A DNA stretch of 64,000 nt, from contig CAVXWP010000001.1 of NCBI GenBank assembly GCA_963765495.1, positions 960,001 through 1,024,000 of the forward strand, in the 5' to 3' direction. This stretch comes from Blastocatellia bacterium. GTDB lineage: Bacteria; Acidobacteriota; Blastocatellia; UBA7656. Shown piece after piece: positions 10,415 to 21,425 of this stretch. A program made the position numbers and the translations under genes. Every line of letters begins with the position of its first letter. The first letter of the stretch is position 1. Below the pieces are notes generated by a model, which made no database searches, was not told the origin of the DNA, and saw nothing but the letters and a program-made list of their open reading frames with translations.

Positions 10415-13400
10415 ATGGAAGACAAATCGGGCATAGGGCATAGACAGGGGCTTGCGGGGAAACTGGCGCGGGCCTTTATTGATTCGAAGCTCACGCCGCT
10501 TGTTATTGTGGCAGCGATCCTGCTCGGATTGGGCGCGGTCGTTTTGCTCGCGCGCGAGGAAGAGCCGCAGATAATCGTTCCCATGATTGATGTCTTTGTT
10601 GAGATGCCCGGCGCTTCGGCTAAAGAGATCGAAGAGCGCGTGACTCGACCTATGGAAAAGCTTCTATGGGAAGTGCCCGGGGTCGAATATCTTTACTCGA
10701 CTTCATCACCCGGTTCATCGATGGTAGTGGTCCGGTTTTACGTAGGCCAGAAAGAAGAAGACGCCATAGTGCGGCTCAATCAGAAGATGTTTGCCAATTC
10801 TGACCTGATCCCATCGGGCGCGAGCGCTCCTTTGATCAAACCGCGTTCGATTGACGATGTACCGATACTGGCGCTCACACTCTCAAGCGACCGCTACGAT
10901 CATTTCACGCTCCGAAGGATTGCTTCTCAGATTCACGATCAGATAAAAGAGATCAAAGATGTTTCTGAGGTGCAAATAACAGGCGGGCAACAGAGGCAGA
11001 TTCGCGTGACGCTAGATGAAGCGCGCCTGGCCGCTTACAATCTGGCTCCCGCCGCGATCATACCTGTCATCGAACAATCGAACCGGCAAATGCAGTCGGG
11101 GAGTTTTGCTTCCGGCAATCGCGAATATCTGGTAGAGACTGGCGGCTTTCTGCACACGGTTGATGATGTAGGCAACGTGGTGGTTGGCGTTTTCGACAAC
11201 CGGCCCGTCTATCTTCGCGATGTCGCCGGCATGGAAGACGGGCCGGAAGAGCCTGCGGATTACGTGCTCTACGGCACAGGCCCTGCCGCTCGTCACGAGG
11301 CGAGTGTTTCTAGTTCGTCGCCTCTCCCGGCCGTCACCATATCGGTCGCAAAGCGCAAGGGAACCAACGCAATCGAGATAGCCGACAAGGTCCTGGAAAA
11401 AGTTGATGGGCTAAAAGGCGCGTTCATCCCCAGAGATGTCAACGTCGCCGTAACGCGTAACTACGGCGAAACCGCAAGCGAGAAATCAAACGAATTGCTT
11501 TTGCATATGCTGATAGCCATCGCTTCGGTGTCGCTGCTTGTATGGATCGTGCTGGGTTTCAGAGAGTCGGGCGTAGTGGCGACGGCTATTCCGGTGACTC
11601 TGGCGCTTACGCTTGCGGTCTTCTATTTTTACGGCTATACGTTGAATCGAATCACTCTGTTTGCCTTGATCTTTTCGATAGGCATCCTGGTTGATGATGC
11701 CATAGTCGTGGTCGAAAACATCACGCGGCACTACAGGCTGCCGAAAAATCACGGGCGCTCGATCAAAGAGATAGCCATAGAGGCTGTGGATGAAGTGGGC
11801 AACCCGACCATCCTGGCTACGTTCGCCGTGATTGCCGCCATCATTCCTATGGCTTTCGTAAGCGGGTTGATGGGGCCTTACATGCGGCCTATCCCGGTGG
11901 GCGCGTCGGCTGCGATGGTCTTCTCACTGCTTGTTGCCTTCATGGTCACGCCGTGGGCGAGCCTCCGCCTGCTCAAACGAGAAGGCGGCCCTCACGATTC
12001 GGCAGATGGTCGCGCGACACGCCTTTATCGCCGCCTGATGGGGAGCCTGATTCGCCAGCCGCGCAGTCGCGCTCTGTTTCTTTCGGGTGTCGTAGTGCTG
12101 CTTTTTGCCTCGATGTCGCTTGTGGCCTTCAAGCTGGTCAAGGTGAAGATGTTGCCCTTCGACAACAAGAGCGAATTCCAGGTAATCATTGACATGCCCG
12201 AAGGCTCGACGCTTGAACAGACAGCGGCGGTGACGCGCGAGATCGGCAATTACATCTCAACCGTGCCGGAAGTGACCGACTATCAGATGTATGTGGGAAC
12301 GGCCTCACCTTATAACTTCAACGGGCTGGTGCGCCATTACTTCCTCAGACGAGGCCCGAACCTCTCCGACATTCAGGTGAATCTGGCTCCCAAATCAATG
12401 CGCAACGCACAGAGCCACGACATCGCCAAACGAGTGCGACCGATGATTGACCGTATAGCCGCTCCTTACGGCGCTCGCGTCAAGGTGGCCGAAGTCCCGC
12501 CCGGGCCTCCGGTTCTTCAAACTCTCGTAGCCGAAATCTATGGCCCTGATTATCAGAGACAGATGGATGTGGCCCGCCAGATACGCGATATATTCGACCG
12601 GACGGATGGCGTGGTTGATGTGGATTCTTATGTCGAGGATGATCAGCTTAAATACAGCTTTGAGGTGGACAAAGAGAAGGCCGCGCTTGGCGGCGTTTCG
12701 GCCGAGCAAGTGGCCTCTACGCTTAGAATCGCGCTCACCGGAGTGAAAGCGGGTCTGCTGCATCAGCCTCAAGAGAAAGAAGACGTACCCATAAGCCTGA
12801 GGCTCGCGCGGGCAGAGCGGTCGAGTATAGAAGACCTTAAGCAGATAAAGGTCCAGGGGCAACGCGGCAATCTGATACCGCTCAGCGAGCTTGTGCGTGT
12901 TCGCGAGCAGACCTCCGACAAGAGCATTTATCATAAGAATCTTATGCCGGTGGTTTATGTTACGGGCGACGTGGCTGGCAGCGCGGAAAGCCCCGTCTAT
13001 GCGATCCTCAGGCTGAATGAGGCTATAGAGAAGTTAAAGCTGCCCGAAGGCTATGCGCTTGAGCGATACGTAGCAAACCAGCCTTTTACATCCCAAAAGC
13101 TCGCGATGAAGTGGGACGGCGAGTGGCACATTACTTATGAGGTGTTCCGCGACCTCGGGCTTGCATTCGCCACGGTGCTGGTCCTGATATACATACTGGT
13201 AGTCGGCTGGTTCCAGTCCTTCAAGACACCGCTTGCGATCATGGCGGCGATACCTTTTTCGCTTGTAGGGATACTGCCCGCGCACGGTTTGATGGGTGCC
13301 TTCTTCACAGCCACTTCTATGATCGGGTTTATCGCGGGCGCAGGTATAGTGGTGCGCAATTCGATCATACTCGTAGATTTTATAGAGCTGCGACTCAATC

Positions 13401-13678
13401 AAGGCATGCCTCTGGCAGAGGCGGTAATTGACGCAGGCGCTGTGCGCTTTCGCCCGATGATGCTGACGGCAGCCGCGGTGATCGCAGGCTCGGCTGTGAT
13501 ACTGTTCGACCCGATCTTTCAAGGGCTTGCAATTTCGCTTATGGCCGGTGAGATCGCTTCGCTCATGCTGTCACGCATGACGGTGCCTGTGCTCTACTAT
13601 CTGAGCGAGCGAAAAAGGCTGGAACTGCCCGCGACCCCGCCTGCGGTGACAAAAGAAAGTCAAGCGGTTGGCGGTTGA
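10415..13678 (+). CDS. RND efflux permease (AcrB/AcrD/AcrF superfamily)
   Basis: [28 protein letters not shown], about 1090 aa. Start 10400 or 10415. Confidence 0.95.
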   Translation: MEDKSGIGHRQGLAGKLARAFIDSKLTPLVIVAAILLGLGAVVLLAREEEPQIIVPMIDVFVEMPGASAKEIEERVTRPMEKLLWEVPGVEYLYSTSSPGSSMVVVRFYVGQKEEDAIVRLNQKMFANSDLIPSGASAPLIKPRSIDDVPILALTLSSDRYDHFTLRRIASQIHDQIKEIKDVSEVQITGGQQRQIRVTLDEARLAAYNLAPAAIIPVIEQSNRQMQSGSFASGNREYLVETGGFLHTVDDVGNVVVGVFDNRPVYLRDVAGMEDGPEEPADYVLYGTGPAARHEASVSSSSPLPAVTISVAKRKGTNAIEIADKVLEKVDGLKGAFIPRDVNVAVTRNYGETASEKSNELLLHMLIAIASVSLLVWIVLGFRESGVVATAIPVTLALTLAVFYFYGYTLNRITLFALIFSIGILVDDAIVVVENITRHYRLPKNHGRSIKEIAIEAVDEVGNPTILATFAVIAAIIPMAFVSGLMGPYMRPIPVGASAAMVFSLLVAFMVTPWASLRLLKREGGPHDSADGRATRLYRRLMGSLIRQPRSRALFLSGVVVLLFASMSLVAFKLVKVKMLPFDNKSEFQVIIDMPEGSTLEQTAAVTREIGNYISTVPEVTDYQMYVGTASPYNFNGLVRHYFLRRGPNLSDIQVNLAPKSMRNAQSHDIAKRVRPMIDRIAAPYGARVKVAEVPPGPPVLQTLVAEIYGPDYQRQMDVARQIRDIFDRTDGVVDVDSYVEDDQLKYSFEVDKEKAALGGVSAEQVASTLRIALTGVKAGLLHQPQEKEDVPISLRLARAERSSIEDLKQIKVQGQRGNLIPLSELVRVREQTSDKSIYHKNLMPVVYVTGDVAGSAESPVYAILRLNEAIEKLKLPEGYALERYVANQPFTSQKLAMKWDGEWHITYEVFRDLGLAFATVLVLIYILVVGWFQSFKTPLAIMAAIPFSLVGILPAHGLMGAFFTATSMIGFIAGAGIVVRNSIILVDFIELRLNQGMPLAEAVIDAGAVRFRPMMLTAAAVIAGSAVILFDPIFQGLAISLMAGEIASLMLSRMTVPVLYYLSERKRLELPATPPAVTKESQAVGG

Positions 13679-13679
13679 T

Positions 13680-13970
13680 AACAGTAAGCAGTAGGCAGTT
13701 GAGTAAAGACAATCATTGGTCAAAAGGCAACTGCATAATTGGAGAAGTAAGAATAGGCCGGGACGGGCGCGGATCGGGCGGATTTACACGGATTAGATCA
13801 TAAAGAGTCAGATCCGCGTATATCCGCCGCATCCGCGTCATCCGCGGTCTATTTCGAGTGTTCTAACCTGCGTGTTGAAAATCTTTATGATTCTACGAAT
13901 TCGACTGAAAAGATTCGGTATTACACGGATTGGCTCATGGTTTCAAAATAACTGCCTACTGCTTACTGTT
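13680..13970. repeat. nested inverted-repeat element
   Basis: Perfect 21-bp IR AACAGTAAGCAGTAGGCAGTT (13680-13700 and 13950-13970) enclosing a second imperfect hairpin of CGGAT/ATCCG units (13752-13853). Confidence 0.85.
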
Positions 13971-15240
13971 GTGAAGCAATTTGTGCCGTCTTTAGTTTAT
14001 CGAGTGCGCGCAATGTCTCTTGCCAGTCGTCTTTGTCCTTTCTGGTCGTAATGGGCGCGCTCGGGTTCCCGAAAAAGCTCAGTATGTTTTCGCGCAGTTC
14101 GGGCGTGAGGCCCTCGAATTCGTTGTCTGCGAGTTTTCTGACAAGCTCGGAATATGTATCGTCGGCCAGTTTGTATTCGCCCGCTCGCGTAGGTTCTCCC
14201 GTATCAAAATCCATATTCTTCAGATCGAGGCGGCCTTGCTTCACCGAGTCGAGCGCGGCGCGGTAACGTTCGAGCGTCAGGTTGAAGCTCTTCATAAACA
14301 TCTTTTCTGTTTCGGGTGTCGGCGGTTTGAAGGCGATGGCTTTGAACGGGCCTATCTTGGGCATTATGCGAAAGACGAAAGCCGTAGCCTTGGCAAAGAC
14401 GCCCGGCTTTTCGTATTCGTCGCCCCACTCTTTTTCGTAGCTTGCGCGAGAGAGGTTATAGAGGAATTTTTCGCGCGTGATGCCGGGATTCGATTTTACT
14501 ATCTCGTCTTTTTTCAACTCCCACGCTATGCGGGTCGCCTCTGGAATCAGCGTGCTCACAGCGCGGCGATACGATCCGATAGCGATGTCTACGCTTGTGA
14601 ATACCTCTTTCATCTCCAGGCCGTAGGTCTTTTTGAAGGCGCGTTCCAGCACCGGTTTTGAGACCTTAAACCCTATGAAATCGTGATAGGCTTCCGGGGC
14701 GTAACGTCCCTGGGCCACCTGCAATACGTCAAACCCAAATTCGACTTTGATGTGCGCCGACGGGTCGTTCTCGTAGGTCACTTCGCTGCCGTACTCACGC
14801 CGCAGCTTGGGATAGGCCACCGGAACCGCGCGGTTCACGGCTACCGGGTGGCCGCTGTTGTCAGCCATGTAGTGCGCGAGCGCGCCAAGCGCAAATGCGT
14901 ATTCGTTGAGGTCTTCGGATTCGTCCAGCAGGTTTTCCACGAAATCGCCGCTCCGCACATAATGCGCGAGATCGGTAAAGAACTTGCTCCCAAACGGATA
15001 ATATCCCATGTCTTGAATGATCGCCCCGCCGTAGGCATAGGCGTGCGCCTCGCGTAATTGCTCTTTGGTTGCGCTCGGGAAACGTTTCAGCAGGAGCGGC
15101 TCTAATGATTTCTCCCAGACGGTATCGATTATTGCCTGATGAGTCAGAACGGAATATCCGAACGATGTTTGAGATATGAGAAAAACGAGCGCGAGCGTTG
15201 TGAGCACCTGCGCAGCCTTGCGGACGGGAAAGCTTATCAT
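13963..15240 (-). CDS. zinc-dependent phospholipase C family protein
   Basis: Signal peptide then YSVLTH, GAIIQDMGY, HY, AHYMAD..GH and H..VE metal-ligand pattern. Confidence 0.82.
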   Translation of the reverse strand: MISFPVRKAAQVLTTLALVFLISQTSFGYSVLTHQAIIDTVWEKSLEPLLLKRFPSATKEQLREAHAYAYGGAIIQDMGYYPFGSKFFTDLAHYVRSGDFVENLLDESEDLNEYAFALGALAHYMADNSGHPVAVNRAVPVAYPKLRREYGSEVTYENDPSAHIKVEFGFDVLQVAQGRYAPEAYHDFIGFKVSKPVLERAFKKTYGLEMKEVFTSVDIAIGSYRRAVSTLIPEATRIAWELKKDEIVKSNPGITREKFLYNLSRASYEKEWGDEYEKPGVFAKATAFVFRIMPKIGPFKAIAFKPPTPETEKMFMKSFNLTLERYRAALDSVKQGRLDLKNMDFDTGEPTRAGEYKLADDTYSELVRKLADNEFEGLTPELRENILSFFGNPSAPITTRKDKDDWQETLRALDKLKTAQIASQQ

Positions 15241-15474
15241 CGAAACCCCTCAATCAAATAGATGTACTGATAAAGATCGAGCGACCGGCATTCGCGTACA
15301 AAAAGCGAACGTAAAACCCTCTCTCTTCGGTCCGATTAGTCATATAAGCAATCTCGATGCCTTGCTGCAAAGTATCGAAATCAGGACAATCGCTCAGATG
15401 AAATAGTGGGTCTGATGAAGTGCGATTCGGCAAGGACTTTTGATTCGAGTCTATTTGTCTTTTACTTTGAAATC

Positions 15475-17145
15475 TCAACGGTAACGGTAAAGCTTGATCC
15501 GTTGGATGCCGAATCTGCCCGGCACCAACCGCAGATGTCGGCCTTGATGTGTTTGATCTCCGTTTAGCCAGCGGCCCGGAAGCCATTGACCATTTTCATA
15601 TTTACCTTCCTGGGCTGAAAGTATGCCCACAATTTGATCATCCGATGTATCAGCCTCAAAGGTGACTGTTATGCCGATACCGGCAAAGACGAATTCATCC
15701 GGGCCAGTCGCAATCACAAGTCCCCCGGAGATCACATTCGGCGGTTGTAGATTTTGTGCGCCAGGCGATGGTGTAGGACGCTCGTAGGTTATGTTTAATC
15801 TGTAGTCACCCAACCGCACCTGTTGCGGCAATCGTTGCTCAACACCCCCGGGCAGCAAGCCTGCCATCAACCCCTTTCCCTGATATTCGAGAATTAACGG
15901 GGCCAGTTGCTGTAACAGGTCATAACTATCTGTAAGTGACTTGCTCGTCACCTCATCCAAAGACTCGATACTGAATGGGCTAAAACCAATCGCGTCGTGC
16001 TGACCTATAGCATATAAGGCATTGACCGCGTCGGGTGGGCCGGGCATGGCTTCTGGAATAAACAACGGATTGCCTGATCTGTGATACTTCCGAGCCCATT
16101 CGGCAAAGTTCGGGAAGTAAATGTCTGGTGAGAAAAAATCAATCGTTGGAGCGCCGGCTCGCCAGATGTCCATGATGTGAGGCAGCGGCCCTGCGCTTGG
16201 GTATTGACCGGGCTGGTAGCCTGGGCGGATCAGCGCCGCGTTGACAAACATGGGCAGCGAGTACTGGGCTTTACCGAGTTCGGCAACTCGATTTACGTAC
16301 CTCGCAAAGTGCCAGGCCATGAAAATTTCATCTGTTTCCTGCCCCTTGCCAAAGACTTCCTCCCAGGTGCCCCGAGTCTTAAAACCGTTTGCAGCCCATA
16401 CGGCCCGGAATTCGGCAATAAGGTTATCCTTGCGTTGCTGCAAATAGTTTATCAACTCGACGGGTACCGGCTGATTGAAAAGCTTGTCCGCGATGGCGCT
16501 GCGGTCACGTGAATCCGGGATCATTCCGATCTCGTTTTCCACTTGCACCATGATGACCGTGTGATCGTTGCCGTCCACTTCGCGCAAATGGCGCATGAAG
16601 GCCGCGAATGCGTGTGAGTCGGCATCGAGATTTTCTTTGCTAAAGGGTGAAAGTATCTCGATGCCCTTCCCGGCTTTGTCTTGCGAGCGAGGGAAGCGCT
16701 GTTGATCCGTCTTTACCCAGGCCGGGGCATAGCACGACTGGCTGTTCTTCCAGGACGCAAACCACAACGGCACGAGACGTAGCTTCTGTTTACGAGCTTC
16801 CTGGATCAAGCCATCCACCAGAGTAAAGTCGAATCTTCCTTCGACGGGTTCTATAAGCTCCCAATAGACGGGGATAAGGACCGTATTGAGATTTAGCGAG
16901 GCAAGCCGCGGCCAGAGGGGACGCATGTATTCCAGGCTTGAGGACGTGGAGTTACCCAGTTCGCCCGCAAGAACGAGAAAGGGCTTATCGTCAACGACCA
17001 GTTGTGTAGCAGTTCCCTGCCGACGAAGGTATGGGGCTCGATATTGCTGCGCGCCACGAATGGGCATAGAGCATGTTAATAAGATGGCACCTGCGATAAC
17101 GAGAGTCACAACTCTCTGTTTGGGCGAGAGCCCGTAAATCTTCAT
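15475..17145 (-). CDS. GH35-like glycoside hydrolase with C-terminal DUF5597
   Basis: LAGELGNS, WELIEPVEGRFDF, VQVENE, SPDIY, PLFIPE, RWLNGDQT. Start ATG 17145 is inferred. Confidence 0.85.
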   Translation of the reverse strand: MKIYGLSPKQRVVTLVIAGAILLTCSMPIRGAQQYRAPYLRRQGTATQLVVDDKPFLVLAGELGNSTSSSLEYMRPLWPRLASLNLNTVLIPVYWELIEPVEGRFDFTLVDGLIQEARKQKLRLVPLWFASWKNSQSCYAPAWVKTDQQRFPRSQDKAGKGIEILSPFSKENLDADSHAFAAFMRHLREVDGNDHTVIMVQVENEIGMIPDSRDRSAIADKLFNQPVPVELINYLQQRKDNLIAEFRAVWAANGFKTRGTWEEVFGKGQETDEIFMAWHFARYVNRVAELGKAQYSLPMFVNAALIRPGYQPGQYPSAGPLPHIMDIWRAGAPTIDFFSPDIYFPNFAEWARKYHRSGNPLFIPEAMPGPPDAVNALYAIGQHDAIGFSPFSIESLDEVTSKSLTDSYDLLQQLAPLILEYQGKGLMAGLLPGGVEQRLPQQVRLGDYRLNITYERPTPSPGAQNLQPPNVISGGLVIATGPDEFVFAGIGITVTFEADTSDDQIVGILSAQEGKYENGQWLPGRWLNGDQTHQGRHLRLVPGRFGIQRIKLYRYR

Positions 17146-17325
17146 GGTTAAGTGAGTCCGGCGAACTATCTTTCGCGAGATCAATATTGCCCTATCAAAC
17201 ATTGACGGCATTTCTTACTCCGGGAGTGAGCTATTTCGGTTACGGTGATCACCGGTCGTCAGCACATCACGGCCCGGCGATGAGACCTTCGCAGTTGGAG
17301 TTCTCAACCTTTATGTCCGAACCTA

Positions 17326-19491
17326 TTACTGGTGCGAATTGGCGGGAATCTTTCTGGCGCTCGGGTCTCCGGTGGGGGGCGGCGCATTATCTTCTTTCGC
17401 GGGCGGCCCAAGCACCTCGGTGAAGATCGGTTTCAGGGCGTCCGCCCACACCTGATAACCTTTAAGGTCCAGATGCAGCTCGTCACGATTGGCCATGCCC
17501 TCAAACAACTTGCCGTCTTTGTCGGCCAGTTTATCATTAATGTTCAGATACCTGATCTTTTTTCCGTCGGCGAATCTCTCAATGTTCTGATTGATCTGGT
17601 TTATGATCGGCATCACGTCCATGTTGTCGTTGCGTGGCGTTATGCCCATTAGCACAATCGTGGCACGGGGCGCTTTCTGACGGCAGACGTCTAAAATGGC
17701 CTTGATCCCGATGGTGACCTCCGCAACTCTCGGGTCTTCGCTACCTACGGGAGACAGCTTGCCGATATTGTTAGTGCCAGCCATTATGACGATGATTTTC
17801 GGATTGACGTTATCGAGCTCTCCGTTCTCGAGCCGCCAGAGAATGTTTTGAGTCGTGTCGCCACCCCAGCCGAAGTCGGCCGCATTCCAGCCAAAGAAAT
17901 TCTGCCGCCAGTTCGCCAGAAGAGCTTTGTATTGCTCGTCACTGGAGCCCCAGCGTCTGGTGATCGAATCTCCTTCAAAATAGAGATCAATGCGCCCCTT
18001 CCGGGCTTTTTCGAGCAACTCGGCATGGGCGATCTGAGAGTTCTGATCGGTACGGGGCGCCGGCTGGTCGGCGGATGACGCGTCGGCCTGGCCACCTGGG
18101 GCTTTGATGAATTGACCGGCCCATTCGATAAACGCCGGCCAGTTTTCGGCGACGCTGTGACCGCCGTTGTGTTGCCTCCAGGCGAGTTCTCCACCGATCA
18201 ATTGACCGACCGGCGGCATCGGGTCCGTCAGATAGTTGCCGGGAGTGCCCAGACCTCTCTTGCCCAACAGCTTGTAGGCTGGCCCCGCCGCCACCGCTGC
18301 CATGAAACTGCCGTGTGCATCCACCCATTTGGCATCGCCCTTCTCGACCACTCCATAACTGATAAAGCAGGGCCGTGGGGCGCACAGGGCGATCAGTTCA
18401 TGTGAATCAACCGGCAGGTCGCCTGCGGTTTTGGGTCCAAAGACCGCTTCCGAAGCGCCGTACTTCATGAAATTGCCTGCCATCCAGTAGTATTCCCCGC
18501 CGGTCAGATTCTCCACCGTCTCACCAAAGATGTGGCGGTGGAGTTTCGCGCCGCCTTCACCGGAGGAGCCGATAAAGCCAATGGCAATTCTAGGTTCAAA
18601 AGCCTCGGTCACCAGAGCGGCTTTGCCATAGCGAGAAAGACCTTCGATCCCAACCTGTTTGGCGTCGACTGCTTTGTCGGTCTCAAAATAATCGAGCAAG
18701 CGGCTGACGCCCCACTGCCAGGCCCGCAATGCGCCCCAGTCTTCTGGCTTGCGCGGCTGTCCCTTGTTGGTGAGGCCGATGATTCCTGAAGTCAGCGTCG
18801 GCCCATCGGCCTGAATACTCGTTGGGCTGATGCTGCCATAGCCCCAGCCTTTGGCAATGAGCTCCTGTTGCCATGCCGGTGGAGACGGCCCTCTTCTGAA
18901 TCCCCAATCAAACTCCACCATCACGGGGACCGGGCCCGTGGCATCGGCTGGCGTAGTCACGCTCGCCTGGATCTCTACGCTAATCAGCGGGTAAGAGGAA
19001 TTATCCACATGCCCGACCAGCATCTTTGTGATCGCCGAGATGCCGCCGATGTTGCCGGTACTCGTATTGGTCACTTCCCAGTTCACCTTCGGAACGTTCT
19101 TTGGGATACGGCCATACACTTCCCGCTCAAAATCTTCCTGGATTTCGGCCCGCCGCGTCGCCCATTGTTTTGCCTTGGTCACCTTCGTGCCGTTCTTCAT
19201 GACCATCAACTCCGGCAAGGGGTATTTATTGGCCGTGGCCTCATCAAACGTGCTCTGATCGTTTGGGTTCGCGCCGGGGCGCAGGGCCTTGATGCCGAGT
19301 TGATCCATCATGTTTTGATGGTCTCCGTCCCCGGTGAATTTCACCTGCGGAGGAAACCTGCTCGTGTCGGACTGCGCGGCCATCGCCGCCAGATTAGCTG
19401 TCAGGATTAACGGCATAATAGAGACCATCGACAAGACGGCGGTGACGGATGCGGCCAACCATCGAACTCTACGATTGAAATGTATGGGCAT
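17326..19491 (-). CDS. CE15 glucuronoyl esterase fused to an SGNH/GDSL hydrolase
   Basis: GLSRYGKA nucleophile motif, WGALRAWQWG, PVDSHEL, HNGGH; then GDSIT, GWGGD, GTNN, DELH. Confidence 0.85.
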   Translation of the reverse strand: MPIHFNRRVRWLAASVTAVLSMVSIMPLILTANLAAMAAQSDTSRFPPQVKFTGDGDHQNMMDQLGIKALRPGANPNDQSTFDEATANKYPLPELMVMKNGTKVTKAKQWATRRAEIQEDFEREVYGRIPKNVPKVNWEVTNTSTGNIGGISAITKMLVGHVDNSSYPLISVEIQASVTTPADATGPVPVMVEFDWGFRRGPSPPAWQQELIAKGWGYGSISPTSIQADGPTLTSGIIGLTNKGQPRKPEDWGALRAWQWGVSRLLDYFETDKAVDAKQVGIEGLSRYGKAALVTEAFEPRIAIGFIGSSGEGGAKLHRHIFGETVENLTGGEYYWMAGNFMKYGASEAVFGPKTAGDLPVDSHELIALCAPRPCFISYGVVEKGDAKWVDAHGSFMAAVAAGPAYKLLGKRGLGTPGNYLTDPMPPVGQLIGGELAWRQHNGGHSVAENWPAFIEWAGQFIKAPGGQADASSADQPAPRTDQNSQIAHAELLEKARKGRIDLYFEGDSITRRWGSSDEQYKALLANWRQNFFGWNAADFGWGGDTTQNILWRLENGELDNVNPKIIVIMAGTNNIGKLSPVGSEDPRVAEVTIGIKAILDVCRQKAPRATIVLMGITPRNDNMDVMPIINQINQNIERFADGKKIRYLNINDKLADKDGKLFEGMANRDELHLDLKGYQVWADALKPIFTEVLGPPAKEDNAPPPTGDPSARKIPANSHQ

Positions 19492-19681
19492 GGGCTTAGC
19501 TCTCTTTGATAAATGGAGAGGTTATTTATACATTCGCTGATTTGACGGAGTCAATCGATTGGCCCGGTTTGTACCGGCGGGTCCGGCTGTTTAAGTCGGC
19601 CTTGCTCCGTTCAATTCCGACCTGCTGGTGTAGCGGCTGTTCCATCTATATACTGACAAAATCAGACTGGTTGAGCGGATT

Positions 19682-20419
19682 ATGCAGATTATTCCGGCGA
19701 TAGATTTGAAGAGCGGCAGGTGCGTGCGGCTGATCGAGGGGCGCAAGGAGAGCGCGAAAGTCTATGACCGCGACCCGCTTGAGGTCGCGCGGGGCTACGA
19801 GCGAGCGGGCGCGCAGCTTATTCATATCGTAGACCTGGATGGAGCCTTTCTCGGCGCGGCATCCGAGAACCGGAAGATCATAAACAAAATCAGCGAAGAA
19901 ATAGAGGTTCCAATCGAGGTCGGCGGCGGCGTGCGCTCGATTTTGGATATAGAGATTCTCATCGAGAAGATCGGCGCTCGCTATGTAGTAGTCGGCACGC
20001 TCGCCGTAGAAGAACCGCGCGTCGTGACCGAAGCCGTGGCTCGATACAAGGGCGCGATAATCGCGGGGATTGACGGGCGGGGCCGCGCCGTTGCGACTCG
20101 CGGATGGACCGAAGCGACCGCTATTGACGCGCTTGATCTTGCGCGGCAGGTTGCGCAGGCGGGCGTCGAACGAATCATCTACACCGACATCACGCGGGAC
20201 GGGCGGCTCGCGGGGCCAAATTTCGAGATGACTCGCCAGCTTGCCCTTGCTTCGGGCGTTCGCGTTACGGCATCGGGCGGGATTGCTTCGCTTGAAGATA
20301 TCGCTCGAATGCGCGAGCTTGAAATTGAAGGTGTCGATTCGGTAATCATCGGCAAGGCGCTTTACGAAGGCCGCTTCGGTTTGGAAGAGGCGATTAAAAC
20401 CGCCTCTTCCGAGAATTAA
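19682..20419 (+). CDS. hisA: ProFAR isomerase
   Basis: [39 protein letters not shown]. Confidence 0.96.
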   Translation: MQIIPAIDLKSGRCVRLIEGRKESAKVYDRDPLEVARGYERAGAQLIHIVDLDGAFLGAASENRKIINKISEEIEVPIEVGGGVRSILDIEILIEKIGARYVVVGTLAVEEPRVVTEAVARYKGAIIAGIDGRGRAVATRGWTEATAIDALDLARQVAQAGVERIIYTDITRDGRLAGPNFEMTRQLALASGVRVTASGGIASLEDIARMRELEIEGVDSVIIGKALYEGRFGLEEAIKTASSEN

Positions 20420-20420
20420 T

Positions 20421-21320
20421 ATGCTGGCTAAGAGAATCATCCCATGTCTTGACGTAGATCGCGGTCGCGTGGTCAAGGGTATTCGCTTTGTTGATCTGAT
20501 TGATGCCGGAGACCCCGTGGAGCAGGCACGTCGCTATGACCGCGAGGGCGCTGACGAGCTTGTCTTTCTCGACATCACCGCATCATCCGAGAGCCGCCAG
20601 ATCGTTCGCGACATGGTTCGGCGCGTGGCCGATTCCGTCTTTATCCCTTTCACGGTAGGCGGCGGCATCCGCACAATCGAAGACATCCGCTACCTGCTGG
20701 CATCGGGCGCAGATAAGGTTTCGCTAAACACGGCGGCGATCAATAACCCTTCGATAATCACCGAAGGCGCAAGAGCTTTTGGCTCTCAGGCCATGGTCGT
20801 GGCTATAGACGCCCGGCGCAGTCAGGGGCCAGCTTCGCAGGGGCCGGGGGCCGGGGGCCGGGGGTCGGTAACAAATGTAAGGATAGAATCTGAGGAAAAT
20901 AGTGAAGGATTAGAAGCGTCGCCCAGAACCGGCCCCCGGCCCCTGGCCCCCGGCCCCTGCGAAGTTTACACCCACGGCGGGCGGACACCTGCGGGGCTTG
21001 ATGCAATTGAGTGGGCGAAGAAGGCGGAACAACTCGGGGCCGGAGAGATACTTTTGACAAGCATGGACGCCGACGGCACGCGCGACGGCTACGATCTGGA
21101 GCTTACTCGGGCGATTTCAGAAGCGGTATCAATACCCGTGATTGCATCGGGCGGTGCCGGTACGCTTGAACATCTGCGCGAGGCGCTGGACGAAGGCAAG
21201 GCCTCGGCGGTGCTGGCGGCTTCGATATTTCATTTTGGCGAGTTTACTATCAGTCGGGCGAAAGAGTACCTGCAAAAGCGCGGACTGCCTGTCAGGCTGG
21301 TATCCGACCGCGAAACATAA
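20421..21320 (+). CDS. hisF: imidazole glycerol phosphate synthase cyclase subunit, with a roughly 40-aa insertion
   Basis: [48 protein letters not shown]. Confidence 0.96.
   Translation: MLAKRIIPCLDVDRGRVVKGIRFVDLIDAGDPVEQARRYDREGADELVFLDITASSESRQIVRDMVRRVADSVFIPFTVGGGIRTIEDIRYLLASGADKVSLNTAAINNPSIITEGARAFGSQAMVVAIDARRSQGPASQGPGAGGRGSVTNVRIESEENSEGLEASPRTGPRPLAPGPCEVYTHGGRTPAGLDAIEWAKKAEQLGAGEILLTSMDADGTRDGYDLELTRAISEAVSIPVIASGGAGTLEHLREALDEGKASAVLAASIFHFGEFTISRAKEYLQKRGLPVRLVSDRET
20833..20964. repeat. intragenic palindromic element of (GGGCCGG)n heptamers
   Basis: 37-bp arms at 20833-20869 and 20928-20964 with 2 mismatches and a 58-nt loop. Confidence 0.9.
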
Positions 21321-21347
21321 TATGCCGGAAATAAATCTCTTTCACAC

Positions 21348-21394
21348 GCGCTCATCTGATATTTCAAACTCAAATTTCAAATCTCAAATGGGTG
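21348..21394 (+). repeat. family 2 element (CATCTGA..TTT-(CAAATCT)n)
   Basis: CGCTCATCTGATATTTCAAACTCAAATTTCAAATCTCAAATGGGTG, similar to 50351-50409. Confidence 0.7.
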
Positions 21395-21425
21395 CTGCCG
21401 CGTCCGTGCGTCTCGCTTCGCGTCT

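Noticed and set aside
19646-20476. 276-aa - strand ORF, and similar long overlaps at 42817, 53701, 55508, 57558 and 63323
   Set aside because: All overlap well-supported genes (antisense, or partly out of frame for 57558), as expected in GC-rich DNA.
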